Origin: Vicugna vicugna
Taxonomy: Eukaryota
DNA: 64,000 nt
NCBI GenBank assembly: GCA_013265495.1
Contig: MU058718.1
Location: forward strand, 1,240,001 to 1,304,000
Reading direction: 5' to 3'
A program made the position numbers and the translations under genes. Below, one piece after another: positions 10,703-24,682 of this stretch (its first letter is position 1; every line of letters starts with the position of its first letter). Under the pieces are notes generated by a model. It was not told where the DNA came from, searched no databases, and worked only from the letters and a program-made list of their open reading frames with translations.

Positions 10703-13700
10703 ATACACATGCATGTGTTCTAACCTCTGAAATTAGTCTTCGTCTGCTTGACTTTAGAAGACTTTTGAGGCTGTTTGTCACGCCTGGTGGTCAGTGCACA
10801 GGGACCAAGTGTCCCAGAGTACTTGGGTCTTAGAGCTGAGGTGGCCAGCATTGGTTTAATAGCAGCCTGAGAGCTCCCCATGGCCAGGTATTTTAATATT
10901 TGCTTTGGTGAGGAGGACTAGAAAACACTGCCCTTTTAATTTCTAGATGACACTTTCTTGGAAGGAACAACTGAAAGTGTACATTTGAGAATAGAATTTG
11001 ACTTCAGAATAACTTTGATAGACACTGAGGAATTAGCAGAGCACAGCTTTGTTCTTTGGCAAATGCCTCCCCTGGTTTGCAGAGCATCCCTTTCCCCACC
11101 TCCTGCTTCTACTCAGACCTGCCCGCTCCCCAGGGCTCCTCCTGCACAGGCTGCTGGCGCCCTACTTCTCCTTCCATGTTCAGACACTTCAGTCCTCTGA
11201 GCTCGTCTGGATTCGTGGCTGTCTTCCACTGACCATCTTATGACCGCTTTCATCTCACCTTCCCCTGCCATTCACTGAGTCAATCCCTACTCATGGGCTC
11301 TGGGTTCCCTACTTCTGGCCCTTTTATACCCTCTCACTTTATCTACTTAATAGCTCTTGGATTTTTTTTAATTCCCCACCTCTCCAGCTTCACTGCCTCT
11401 GTTTAAATTTGAGCCACCATGGTCTCACAATGGCTCAGCTCCCCTAATTCGTTTCTCTGCACGTAGTATTGTCTTTTCCAGACCATCCTCCTTCCACGAA
11501 GACAGAGTGAGTTTTCCGAAGTGTAGACTTGAGTGTTTCACACCACCTCTTCCCTTCCCTTTCACCTCAGGTCCTGCTGGGTCATTAGAACAAAAGTCCA
11601 CACTCCTCAGCACAGCATCCAGGGCTCTGGCTCTCGCTTAGCTAGGGGAGTGTGTAACAGATCACCTCTCGGCAAACTAGTGATTTGGATTCATGTTAAA
11701 ATGTTTTTTAAAGAGAACTTTTCCAGGATATATATAGACTGACTTTAAAGGGTTGGGGAGAACTTCTGAGCTTATAGAATATAGTCTTTTCTTTGTAGGC
11801 ATCTCTAAATAAAACTGTTTCTGACATTTGCAAAATCTCTAAAAACCACATACCTGTTTCTTTGAGATGCTTATGATGCATATTTGGACACTTCCTTTTG
11901 TACAGAAGATGTGACTCATAGGAGAGGTTGATTGGTCATTTAGGAACCGTGAGTTCTAATTTTAGGAAGTTGCCTGTGCAAGACATGTGTGCAACCTTTG
12001 CCTATTTCCTGAGCTGTAAGATGGTGACAGAACTACTTGGTCACCTGCCTGGGTGTTTGTGAAGCGTAACTGCTAACAGGCTATGTTATAGGATATTCAG
12101 ATGCCTAGCAAATAACAATCTTTTTCCTTAATAATGCATGAAGACTTACGAGTCTTTTGGAATTGTTTTTAATCCCTGAGGTTAGTCCTTATGTAACTTA
12201 AGCAAGAATAATCAGATACAAGGTGGTGATATTTCCTGCTTCTCAGTGTATGTAATGTGATATACAATGCCAAAATAAAACCATGAAACTGAGAAGAAAA
12301 TCAGCTCATATTTAGCATTTATGACTATCATTTTGCTTTCACAACTCCTTCCAGACCTCAACTAATTAATTTACACACATCTCAAAGGAAGGTGATGATT
12401 ATCTGTTTCACAGGTAGAAAGAAGCTTGCCCAAAGCCACAGGGGAGGGGGATGTTGCGTGCCCGGCCTAGAACTCGGGCGCTTGCTCCTGCAAATTCAGT
12501 GGCAACACACAGGCTTCTCTTAGGAAGGGTGTTGTTGGTTGGCTGAGTGGATCTTTGACATGGGACCTAAAATGGCTTTACAGTTAAAACTAACATGTTT
12601 TGTGATTCACGTAGACTTCATAGGTTCCTCCCCAGCCCCACAAAACTCAGTTCATGGTAACATTTTTGAGGGATGATTTTTAGAGAGAACAAAGGAGGCC
12701 TGATAGAATAAGTGAAAACACGACATACCAGGAAATGCCTTCTGCTCCAGCATGTGAGTGAGCAGTAACCGATGGCCTGTGTGGCTTCCAGCGAGGACAT
12801 TTAAGCGTTTAGTGCTAAGTGTTCATTGTGAGTGCACTCGCCCTACCTAAAAGTAAGGTGATAAATTGTAAACTCCTAGAGGGCAGAGATGACGGTGCTC
12901 TTCCTCGGTACCTGCAAACTGAGCGTGACAGGCTAGACAGGTTGTCCCAAATGCTCTCTGCAAAGGGACTGTCGGAGGTCTTAGATCGCCCACATTCCTG
13001 AATTTACATAACAGATCTGTTCCCCTCAAGTTTGTGTAAATGGAGTCCTATTTTTACAGCGCCAGGAAATCTTGCCTTTTAAAGGATCCTTGTTTTGAAT
13101 CCATTTGAAAGTGAACTAAACTATTGTGCTAGAGATGATTGCTTTTGAATTAATCTATTGTGCAGATTTGGCTTTTCAGATGAGTGGATTTTTAAAAGCA
13201 GAGGCTTTCTGTGAACTTGTCACAAAATGCAGCAGTGATACTTCTACTCAGCGGAAGGTAGCAGGGTGGGGGGTGGGCCTAGAACAAGTCCCTTAGAGAC
13301 AGACGTCTCTGAATTGCGATATAAATTCTGTCAATTAACACTGAGTGACCACCAGCAAGTGTTCTTTGGTAAGTTTTATCAATAATCATTTTATACTGAG
13401 AATTTTCATTTAACCAAGTATTATGGACAACTTTAAGGCAGTTCTGAGGCAGGTTAGCTTTCTCTCATTCTTTTAAGGTTTCGTGTTATTTCATTGCATG
13501 GATTTATCATAGCACATTTATTCATTCTTCTGGTATTGGATATATAACAAGAAATATTGGAAGAAAAATTAAAAACATCTTCACGATATGTGTTTATGCA
13601 TTTCTATTATATATGTAGGTCAGATTCTGAAAGTGGAATGACCAGGTATGTGTATTTTAAACCTCATAGATTCTGCAACGGTCCTCTAGGAAGTGGCAGC

Positions 13701-15819
13701 ACCGTTCCTGTGAACACTGTCAAGTGCTCATATCTGGACACCATCACTTATACTGGGTAGAGCCAAACATTCTCACAATCTATCTCATTTGTTGGATGGG
13801 GGAAAAAAAATCTCAATTTTTTTTGTATTTATTTAATTGTGACTGAGCTGAATAAGTAGATTTTACTTGTGTGTTAGGCCAACAGTTTCATTTCTGGAAA
13901 GAAACAAAAATCAGACATGCAACTTAATCCAACCCTGGGACTGAGAACTTCCTTGATCTTCTCCTTTGTTACAGTAAGTTGCAGGATGATAACCTGACTT
14001 ACCCAACTATTGGGGAAAAAAAGAAAAAGCAGGTGCAGACAATTACTGTATTGTCTCCCACTTTATTAAGACTCCTGATATTAGACAAGCATTTTTAGTT
14101 CTAGGAACTGAAATTGGTGGAAACGCTTTTAAACCAAGCTTAGGAAAGAACTTAATTTCAAGAGATACGAGACTAAGATTTTAGGGGAAGAATGATTATT
14201 ATTTAATGGAAAAAAACTTTACAGCACTGAGCTTTAACTTTCAGCTGGAGAATCATTTGTTGCCATGACAATTTGTTATAGTTGGTAGTAGTTATTGGCT
14301 TAATCCCTGTAAGTTATGGTTCGAATAGCCCACAGAAATTTGGCCTGAAGCATTTTGAAGAAAATGACCCTTTAAATGTGTTACTATTAAAAAAGTCATC
14401 TCTCTGCAATATTGTCTGATAACAGTCTGTCTTTAAGGCTTTCACTGTAGTTCTCTCTCCCTCTTAACCCCCAACCCACTCCCCCCTTCTCCCCATCAGT
14501 TAATTCTGCTTCTTCCTTATTGTAAGAAGCTTTTTCCGAGTGTTCCTTTACCTTATACTAATAAAGAGGAGAGAGAAAAGTCCAGAACATAAAAGCAACC
14601 TGTCTTTAACCTACAAAAGTATACAAAAAACGATCGCAATTTAAAACAAATTAAGTTTTTTTTTGTTTTTTGCTGTTAGCACCGTATGACTCCAGTGCAG
14701 TTTCTCAAACAGGTACTATTATTTGGAAAACCCTGTGAAAGTGGGATTAAGCAGAAATACCAATAGATAGAGTTTATGTTTCCCAGAAAAACCATTACAT
14801 TGTTGCCAAAGAATCATGGGTAGCATATTTCTTTTGACTAAGGGTTTATGGTACTTCACTCAGTATCTCAAATCCTAGTTTGAAGGAAGGTCTAGTCAAA
14901 GCTCACTTTCCTAATCAGAACAAGAATATTTAATGCTTAAAGTAACAGACTATGAAGCCAGCCCTATCCTATCACTTAGGTCATTTTGATTAGAGGAATT
15001 TGGTGGGGAGGAAATGAGGATGGAGGACACATGTGGGACAATGGAAAAGGACAATGGGGCAGTGAGGTGGGCAAAACCTTGATGCTACGGGGTGTGCTAT
15101 GGTTATAAGAGTGGTGGTGGCCAAGAAGACTATTAGGAGCAGGGATAGCTAATTTTTAGTTGTATGTTGTTTGCAAATCTCCAGTTCAAATCTTTTTTTA
15201 TCTCATCTAAACTTCAGTCAAATCTGCCTATACACACACAGAGTTGTGTGAGTTTCTTTTAAATTATTCTTTTGCTGGAAAGTCAATAAAGGATCTGAGT
15301 AGACTGGGTTGGTGTGTTACAGAGGAGAGACAGCATACCTATGCTAAGTGGTTTATAGACTGAATTAGTGATTGAAAGCAGGAGCTAGAAGTCAGAGACT
15401 ATCTTGACTCTAGCCTCTCTGACTGTCCCTTTCCCTCATCACTCCATATACCACAACAGTCTAGGAATTGTACAAATCTTTGGGTGAGGCTGGAAGGAGG
15501 AGCAAAGGATTTTCTAAAAACAAAACCTAGGTGGGGATGGTAGATTCCAACTTATCCTATCTAGATTTTTAAAGTTCTATCTGTAAGTAGTCAATACCCA
15601 AATTCTACCTTGCAGTTGAGAAGTGATCCTATAAAATCAAGACCTACCTGCCCAGGTTTGGCCCCAAGAGCAAATACAACTTTGGGGGATATGTTAATGT
15701 TGGAAATATTTTATCAAGACTTAAAATGCACATAACTGTTGAGGGTATCAGTTAAGTGAGCAAAAAAAGTATAAAGAACATTCATGGAGTAATTTTTATA
15801 ATAGGCTGAATTGGAAACA

Positions 15820-16195
15820 GTTCTCTGTTTGGCAAATGATCTGATTATCTATGCTGACAATCCAAAGAAACCTACAAAAACAAATTCTACTAGAATTTAA
15901 GTGAGTTTAGCAAGATTGAACAAGGTCAATATACAAAAATTTATTGTATTTCTCCATAATAGCAATAAACAATTGGAAATAAAAATTTTGTAAATGAATG
16001 TTGTTTACAGCAGTGCCAGAAACATTAAATACTGAAGTACAAATCTAACAAAATATGCACAGGACCTGTATGTTGAAAGCTCCAAAAACACAAAGAAAGA
16101 TGACCAAAATAAATGGAGATACAGCATGTTCATGAATTGAAAAGCAATACTATGAAGATGTCAGTTTTCCCCCAGTTGACCTATAGATTCAACGC
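15820..16195 (+). mobile_element. Old L1 ORF2 reverse-transcriptase region fragment, frameshifted
   Basis: Degenerate match to L1 ORF2 SLFADDMIVY.ENPK...EFSK...KVNIQK..FL, ending ccccagttgacctatagattcaacgca. Confidence 0.85.
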
Positions 16196-16811
16196 ATACA
16201 TACTTATCCTGAGAAATACACTCCTATTGTTAAGGCAAAGGATTCATTCCCCTGTTGCTGCCACACCCAAGCCTTGAGACCCTGTCTGGTTCATGGAGCT
16301 TCTCCCCTTTGTGAAGCCTGGGAGCTGCCACTGGGTGATACCTTCCATGCATTGCTACCTCTCATACTTGAGTTCCTCCGTGGTTTCGTCTTTTACCTTG
16401 AGACCAAGTTGCACATTCCTCTATTCCTCTCTGCTCCGTCGTGCTTGTGTGTGTACTAGAATTTTTCCCAGGTTTGCATCAGGTTTCCTTCTGGGCTTCT
16501 CTCTTTATTGTTCTAGCTGCTGTTCTCTCTGGCCTCTGGCTAAAACTATTTTCACAATTCTCTCTGTCTCTAGGCTGTTACTCTACATCCCGGCCTTTCT
16601 CTGCCCCCTTCCTTCCCTCATTGTCTTTTTTTCTCTCCCATTTGGATTCTAGGTGTTATAGAGAGCTCTGGGGGTCAACCCTCCTTTAAACCCCTCGAGG
16701 CCAAAATATTTGCTGTGATTTTACACCTGGCACCAAGTATCTGTGCAAATGTTGCTTATGAACATAAATTGTCAAGTGTGAGAATTATAAAAGAGAGAAT
16801 GTTATTTGAAT

Positions 16812-17540
16812 TATTTTTTAATTGAAGTATGGTCAGTTACAATGTGTCAGTTTCTGGTGTACAGCACAATGTCCCAGTCGTGCATATACATATACTCATT
16901 TTCATATTCTTTTTTATTAAATGTTATTATAAGATATTGAATATAGTTCCCTCTACTATACAGAATAAATTTATTCTTTTTAATCTATTTTTGTATATAG
17001 TGGGTAACATTTGCAAATCTCAAACTCCCAAATTTACCCCTTCCCATCCCCTTTCCCCCAGTAACCATAAGATTTACTATGTCCATGAGTCTATTTCTGT
17101 TTTGTAAATGAGTTCATTAGTGTCCTTTTTTTTTTCTTTTTAGACTCCACATGTGAGTGATATCATATGGTGTTTCTCTTTCTGGCTTACTTCACCTAGA
17201 ATGATTATCTCTAGGTTCATCCATGTTGCTGCAAATGGCATTATTTTATTCTTTTTTATGGCTGAGTAGTATTCCATTGTATAAATAGACCACAACTTCT
17301 TTATTCAGTCATCTGTCAATGGACATTTAGGTTGCTTCCTTGTCTTGGCTATTCTATATAGTGCTGCTATGAATATTGAGGTGCATGTATCTTTTCAAAT
17401 TAGTTTCCTCTGGATATATGCCCAGGAGCAGGATTACTAGATCATATGATAAGTCTATATTTAGTTCTATACTGTTTTCCATAATGGCTGGACAAAACTA
17501 CATTCCCACCAACAGTGTAGGAGGGTTCTCTTTTCTCCTT
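16812..17540 (-). mobile_element. Relatively young L1 3' end (ORF2 C-terminus and 3'UTR), camelid/artiodactyl-type
   Basis: ttttttaattgaagtatggtcagttacaatgtg...; ttcatccatgttgctgcaaatggcattattttattcttttttatggctgagtagtattccattgt; cattcccaccaacagtgtaggagggtt. Confidence 0.9.
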
Positions 17541-17564
17541 TGTGTATCATTTTGATACACAGGG

Positions 17565-17810
17565 AGAGGCAGTATAGTGTAATGGTTGGGAGCAAATATT
17601 CTGGGGCCAGATTAGTTGGATTTGAATCCCTGTTTTGTCACTTTCCAGCTATAGGACTTGGGTGAGTTACTTCTCCATGCCTTAATGTTCATCTCTCTAA
17701 GATCAGGATTTTAATGCTATCTATCTCTTGGTGTTGCTGTGAGGCTTACATTGGTTTTATTAAAATCATTTGGAGGAGTGCCTGGCATACCGGAAGTGCT
17801 ACATCATACT
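17565..17810 (+). mobile_element. Near full-length MIR SINE
   Basis: ggcagtatagtgtaatggttgggagc...tttgaatccctg...ttgggtgagttactt...gttgctgtgagg...gtgcctggcatac. Confidence 0.85.
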
Positions 17811-18949
17811 AGCTCTTATCCTTGTGGGATCATTTCACCTCTGTGGGCCACGAAGATGATGACAGAAATAAGCAGTAACTATAAACATCAGACATCAGTT
17901 GGGGAATGAACTAGTTCCCAGAAGAGCATTCTCTGCAATCTGAATGAAGACTAGCAGTCGGGGCAGAGGGCCCGGCATCCTGAGAAGGTCGTGGGTGTTC
18001 TCAAAGGATTAAACACTTCAAGCAGACGCCCCAGACAGAGCTGTTTCTTGGACAGCTTTTACCTCTGTAGGACTGGAGGGATCAGGAGGCCAGGAAGCTG
18101 CTTGTCCTGTCCAGATTCATGCTTGTGAGTGTAAGTGTGTGCAGATGCCGATAGGGCTGGGAAAGGAGGGCTTTCCTTCACCCACGCTCAGAGAGCTAAG
18201 CAGAGCTTATAGCAATAGCTGCCATTTAAAATTTAAAATGATGCTACAACTAGGGGGCCTGGCCTTAGTCCGTGGTTAGTTCTTACTTAAACCAGGGAGA
18301 AACTTATCTGCTAGGAAAAAGTTAACAAACCTCATTTTGGTTTTTCACAATGTAAACTCAAGACCCCAAGAATCCTGTTTACTTTCCATGTCTTGCTCTG
18401 TTCTACCTGGCCAGTGACTCATACACAAATGCACGATCGCATCATTTCCGCAGAGAACAGAGGCAGCCAAGGGACATCCGAGCATACACACGCCACTGGG
18501 AAAGGGCTCTTTGCACAACGCCCTACGCCTGGTGGAGAACATTTTCTATTCTGATCATACAGTTCCAGCACGCAGCCATTAAAGCCGGCAGAGTCTGTTT
18601 ACGTGAGCACTTGTCTATTTTCTTACAGCAGTGCTTTTTGAATCTTTTCCCTCTGACCTGAGGATTCCTGTGCATGCCCTCCCACCAAACAAAAAACAGA
18701 GCAAAAACACAAGCAGCTGGCAGCAAACAGGAGGAAGGAGATTGAATCAGCAAAATTTTGTGCCCAGGAGGGATTTAGCTCCAGATGAAGCAGAGATAGA
18801 AGACCAGAAGGGAGAGACAGAGTGGCCCTCAAGCTACCTAGGAGGGCAAGGAGGTCACTGTGGGAAGGGTACCTAGCTCCGTGATTCCAAGAGGGTTTAG
18901 GGTATTGATTTATCTTTTTAGGCAAAATTTTGAAAGGTGTATTTTTTTA

Positions 18950-19270
18950 AATTCCATTTATCATAACCTCAAAAAGCATAAGATACTTTAGGGATAAGTT
19001 TCACAAAAGGCATGGAAGTCCTCTCCCCTGAAAACTATAGACCGCTGCTGAAAGAAGTTAACGAAGACCTCAATAAATGGAGAAAGTTATATATTCATGG
19101 GTCAGAAGTCCAATGTTGTTCAGCTGTCAATTCACCCCCAATTGATCTATAGAGTCAATGTAAGTCCAATAAAAATTCCAGGTGGATTCTTGGGGGTAAA
19201 AAAGTCGACAAGTTGATTCTAAAATTTATATAAAAAAGCAAAGGTCCTTGAACAGCCAAAACAATCTTGA
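18950..19270 (+). mobile_element. Old L1 ORF2 fragment
   Basis: attccatttatcataacctcaaaaa...gaaaactatagaccgctgctgaaagaa...aataaatggaga...ttgatctatagagtcaatg...attctaaaatttata. Confidence 0.85.
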
Positions 19271-21092
19271 TGAGGCAGTATTTTATACACCTTAAATACT
19301 GGTGACTTAAATGCTATTATTAGTTTAATGATTTAGGCTCCTTTGGGGAAAAGGTTAAAATACCAACTGATACGCCTAGGGGGATATTTTTGTTGTTTTC
19401 ACCTTCTGTATGTTATTTTACTGGTGGTTTATACTACAAAGTAATGTATTTATAACTGCATTTGGGTCTTGGTTGGTTTACTTCTTAATTCGAAAGTTAG
19501 AAAGGGTGGAGGTGGAGGTAGGAGCCAACAAGACGTGATTTTCCTCCGCGCTTCTGTTAGGTTCTAAGCGTACAGGCAAAAATTTAGCTCTAGCATACAC
19601 AACTCTCTAAATTTACTAACAGAATCCCCATGTAAATCTTAAAAGGTGGTTTATATTTATAACTGCTTCCTAACGTCTTCCTCCACTGCCCCCAATCCCC
19701 ACCCCCGCACTCCTTGGTTCTCTCTTTAGACATGCTTAACCATAAGGTTTAGAAAATTGTTTAGAGAACGTTAGAGCATATTGGATTAAGGCCAGGATGT
19801 GTTAAACTTCTAAATGTAAATATCTACTAACATCCCATGGTGAGTGGGAGTGCAGCTAGCATTTATATTTACCATTGGTTTCCATAAATTCACATTAGCT
19901 GGGCTGCAAAGTTAATCTGGATACAAAACTTGAATGGAGCTCCTTTACTATGTACAGTCTGTGAGTGGATGTGAATGGTGATGACAGCTGCTAGAATAAC
20001 AAAATTGAGGAGAGGAAAAGGATAGCACAGCTCTCATCCTGAGCTCAATTGTTGCTAATTGGAGGACCAGTCTCAATATCCAGGCAGCTTGTTCTGGGCT
20101 CAAATGGCAGACAGATGCTCTAAAGCCCTTGAGCTCAGGTATCTTATAATTGTGGATCCAGCCAAGGACAAATTTGATTTGTAGCCACATTTTGACCTCT
20201 CTATAGTGCAAAGTGCTGGGACTTGTTCCCACTTTGCCCCTCTTTCAGATTGTTTCCATCACAGTCCCCCACTCCTAACTGCTTGTCGATTTCCAGAACT
20301 CCGTCCATATTTTACTAGCAGTCCTCAGGAGATTGAATTCCAGAAAGGATGATGGGAAAGAAATGAGACCAGAGGAGAAGGCTGGACAGACTCATTGTAA
20401 AGGTTACCATGAAACTGACCCATAGGCTATTTGGGGGCAGAAAACGAATGTTCACTTGGGAGGTATGTAGTTCTGGGAAGAACACACCTGCCTCTCCAGT
20501 GCATTTTTTCATGTGGGTAAAATCAAGTTAAAAAGAACAGCGAAGGCAAGTTTGAAGGGAAAGAGCATCATGAGAGCAAGACACAACCTACGCTCAGATG
20601 TTTAAGGGGGTTGTGTTTGAAGACAGTTGAGAAGTTTTGTAAACCAATTGTGTATTATGAGCCTCAAAACTTTTCTGTGATGAGGTGTTACAGTTACCTC
20701 TGAGAAAATGGAAATACCATCACCAATGTGTGCCCTTGGGCATTTATTTTAAAAATAGTTCATTTTGATGATTAGGCTTATGGGGTAGCACCCTGATAGT
20801 TGTCTATCCCAGTTAAGACACAGCCTCCGCGTTACAGAGCTCCCCACCGCACACACTGATGCATTTTGCATGCAAACCACAAACATCAGGGCACTAGTTA
20901 AAACTTCTGCAGAATTTTTTTTTTAATACTTAGGGTCAGAGCTACACAGCCCCAGGCAGTTGATCTTTCTCTTCATACCCTAAACTTGGCTATTAAAATG
21001 CGGTTTGCTTTTCTAAGAAAGATATTTGTGAACTTGTAAGAGGTAACATGCATCTTTCATTACACGGCATACCGATCTTGTGCCCCCTAGAC

Positions 21093-21382
21093 TTGGGCTG
21101 TTCAGTATAGTAGCCAATGGTTACTTATGGCTATTGGGCTCTCAAAATATGGCTAGTCCAAACTGAAATGTTCTGTAATTATAAAACGCACACTTGACTT
21201 TAAAGATTTAGTGGTAAAAATGTAATCTTATTTTTATATTGATTACATTTTAACATAAAATTTTGGATACACTGGGTTAAACAAAATGTCAAAATTAATT
21301 GAACCGTTTAGCTTTTTTAAAATGTAGCTATTAGAATTTTAAAATCACATATGTGCCTCACATTGTTTCCACAGACAGCCCC
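21093..21382. mobile_element. MER33/MER3-type hAT-Charlie MITE
   Basis: gctgttcagtatagtagccaatggttacttatggctattg...atgtagctattagaattttaaaatcacatatgtgcctcacat...gacagc. Degenerate ctag-centred flanks ccctagac / ttctaggt. Confidence 0.8.
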
Positions 21383-22211
21383 ATTCTAGGTTTTTAATAT
21401 AAGAAACATGTGGGAAAAAAGCTGATCAACTGGCAAGATACTGATTTCAAGATATTTTTCTCATCTAAACAAGTAAATATTTATTCAAAACCAACTACGT
21501 GACCAACAATTTGTTAAATGTAAAGGAGCTTACAATTTCAGGGGGAAAGACACGCTAAGACGGATTAGTGTCTAGTCATTTCTTAATCTGAGGTTGGAAA
21601 TGAAGGGTGAGCATTATATTACAGTCCTTTCACATCAACGATCATCCGCGATGAATCAGATGAGCCAGGGAAAAGTTGCAGGAAGAGACAAAACCATAGG
21701 ATCTTAGAACATGGAGCAGCTTAAATTATAAGATTCCAAGGCTTTCATTTTACAAAGGACAGGGTGAGGGCTGAAGGGGGGGGGGCTGCTACAAAGAGCC
21801 CTCCATATCTAGGAAGAGTAAGTGACTTGCCCCAAGTCTATACAGAATCACTGATCTCCACAGACCAATCAGAAAAAAAGCCCCTCCTCAGGTGAATGCT
21901 GGGCTTGGTGAGAGCAGCAGGGGTTGGTTTCCCTTTGGCCAAGCACCCCTGTGTACAGCTTTAGGCAGAGGCCCTGAGAAAGGTCATTTTCCTCTAATCC
22001 ACTCCTCATAGTTGAGGTATTCTCCCAACTTTTAAAATTTTTAATTTTCACCTCTTCCGAGGGTCACTGTCAGAAACAATATGCCAATCACAGTCCTTGC
22101 TGATTTTCAGGTTGTAAGAAAATTATTTTGGTTGTTTCAGAAGTTTCAAAAGGTATGCTTTGACTTTCCTAGGTGTGACTCCATCTCCAAATTAAAGTTT
22201 AATATTTTTAT

Positions 22212-22495
22212 AAGGCGTATCTCATTTTCATGGTGCTTTTTACCTTGTTGCACTTCAATTAATTTCAAAGTAGTTTTTTTAAAATACAAATTGAAGATTT
22301 GTGGCAACCCTGCATTGTCAGATAAAGTATTTTTAAGTTAAGTTATATACATTGTTTTTCTAGATATAATGCTATTGCACATTTAATAGACTCGTATAGT
22401 ATAAACATTTATATGCACTGGGAGAAAGTATTTGTACAACTTACTTTATTAGGGTGGTCTGGAGTGAACCCCTCAATATCTCCAAGCTATGCCTG
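22212..22495 (+). mobile_element. Tigger1 internal-deletion derivative (Tigger1a_Art-like), TcMar DNA transposon
   Basis: TIR remnants aggcgtatctc...aagctatgcctg with TA flanks; internal tacaaattgaagatttgtggcaaccctgc and ataatgctattgcacatttaatagact. Confidence 0.85.
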
Positions 22496-22702
22496 TATTT
22501 TAAATGAAGAACTTTAAAATCGTATATAACACAAAGGTACCAAAATCCATGTTATCAGGAAACTCATTTTTTTTGTATTTATAAACCAACTATTTGATTA
22601 TAGGCCATTGCAGCAGGAAGTTGAACAAAAATTAAATTAAAAAATACAGTCTTCTTGAGGGCTTACTTCTTTGAGGCCTGCCACTATCATTACCTTTTCC
22701 TG

Positions 22703-22890
22703 CAGCTTTGAGATATAATTGACAGGTAACATAAGTTTAAAGGCATGCAACGTGTTGATTTGATATACTTATAAATTGAAGACGATTACCAGCATGGTAT
22801 TAGTAACTACCTCCATTGCATCACGTAGTTACATGCCTTTTTGTGGTGAGAATACTTGAAATGTACTCTTAGCAACCCTCAAGTACACCA
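22703..22890 (-). mobile_element. L1MA-type 3' end fragment
   Basis: cagctttgagatataattgaca...tgtggtgagaatacttgaaatgtactcttagcaac. Confidence 0.8.
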
Positions 22891-24522
22891 TCTTTCTGTT
22901 AATCTTAAGGGTTTCTCATTCTTCATCTTAGAGATTCACCCCCCCAAATTTAACATTTTTTTCTTCTAACTTTAAGGAAATAGGAACTATACGTATAAAA
23001 TTTCTGTGGATTCTTCTTTAGGATCAATTCCTTTTAAGTACTTTTTCTATCCTTTTTGTAGCTATATATTACCATTACTGATTGTTTGTATTCAGTAGTT
23101 TCTTGATAATTATTTGTTTCTTTGAAATTTTGCTAATAATTTAGGATTGAAGATTTTTCTCTGCATATAGATTTCTAATTCTGGATCTTACTGCTTGTTT
23201 CTGTAACTACAATCTTGAAAATAATTTCTCCCATTCTCTTGAAGCAGTCTAGCTGCAAAAGTTGGAACTTGATTTTATTCCTGTTTGTTTTTGGAAGCCT
23301 TGTTTTTTTGTGATTAAGGCTGCAAACTTTGCAACGGGAATATAATCTGTTTTTTGGCTTTTGTATACTTACTGGTATACAAAAATATTAGTTTCTTACT
23401 GGCAAGTTGTGCTTAAATATAGTAAGCTCTGTTTCTAGGCTCCATATGCCTAGAAAGAGAAATCATTTTGAAAAATAAGATTCTCTTAGTACTATTTGAT
23501 ATTTAAAAAAATGATCCTGAAATATTGTGATGTTTCAGAACGCTTTGATAAATGTATTACAAGAGAATGATATTCATAATAGGTTCAAGATTATGGACTG
23601 TTGCTTTCTAATATGGTATATAAACTATGAAAAAATGTTCCAGACATGGGTTTCACGTCTTGTGGACTCAGTCTCATTGACTTCGTGTTCACACTTCTAT
23701 ACAGTAACTCTGCCAGAATATTAAAATCAGCCAGAATAGCCCATTTCCAACCCCAAGAACAATAAACAAGAGCCCCCTAGGTTTAGTAATAAGTATTCTT
23801 CCTTCCATTCAGAATGCACCGATTTACCGAGATACTCCTAATATTCGATCACATGGTTGAATAATCCCATCCCAGATTCAGATTCTGCCTGGTTTGACCT
23901 CAAAACTGATTCTCAGTGGCTGTGTATTAGTAGTCCTATGTACTGACAGACTTAATGGTGCCTGCAGGGATAAATGTCAAGAGTGACTTCTCTCAAGCAA
24001 ATAGAACTCATTGTGATCTTCATTAATGCCACCCCAAATTCTATATTGACGATGTCTTTTTCCCGGATTCAAGCTTGGGGTGTGTCCTGAGGTTGTTATA
24101 TTCCACTTCGTTTTCCCTGGTTCATCTGTCCCAGGGCTTTGTGTGTGGTGAGCACTCAGGAATGTTTATGAATTAGGAGTAAGTAAACACATTGAAAATA
24201 GGCTTTGGAAAGCACTTCCTTTACAGATGCTGCATCGGGCCTCAGCTGGTGCCAGGGAGGCCTCCCAGAGCTCCCTGCTTGGCACATAGCCTTGTGTTCA
24301 AAGAGCTGGTGAAGATGGAATGACAGCAGGCTCCTGGCTTTGCTTCAGGCCTGAGACTGATACATGGACCCTCCAGAGAGTAGTACACTGAGGGAGCGGG
24401 TGGGAAGAGTGTTGAGGTGGAGACACCTTGGTTTCTCATCAGGACCAGGTGCTTCCAGGGGCAGTTCTCACCTCATTTGGGCCTCCTTTTCACATCTACC
24501 AAATATAGGTATATATTGAGGG

Positions 24523-24682
24523 CCAGGGCTCCTCGAACATCAGTGTGCCGAATCTGTTAGGCCTCCTGTTAAAATGCACATTCTGATTCAGTAGGTCTGG
24601 GGTGGGGTCTGAGATGTTGTCTCTAGCTTGTTCCCAGATGATGCCCACAGTGCTGATCCATGGACCACACAACGAGCAGAGA
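24523..24682. mobile_element. MER5A-type hAT-Charlie MITE
   Basis: tgttaaaatgcacattctgattcagtaggtctggggtggggtctgaga...cccagatgatgc...tgctgatccatggaccacac. Confidence 0.85.

Noticed and set aside
15820..19270. The two plus-strand L1 ORF2 fragments as one split element or a functional RT
   Set aside because: They overlap in L1 consensus position (both contain the ttga.ctataga.tcaa segment) and are frameshifted, so they look like independent dead fragments.
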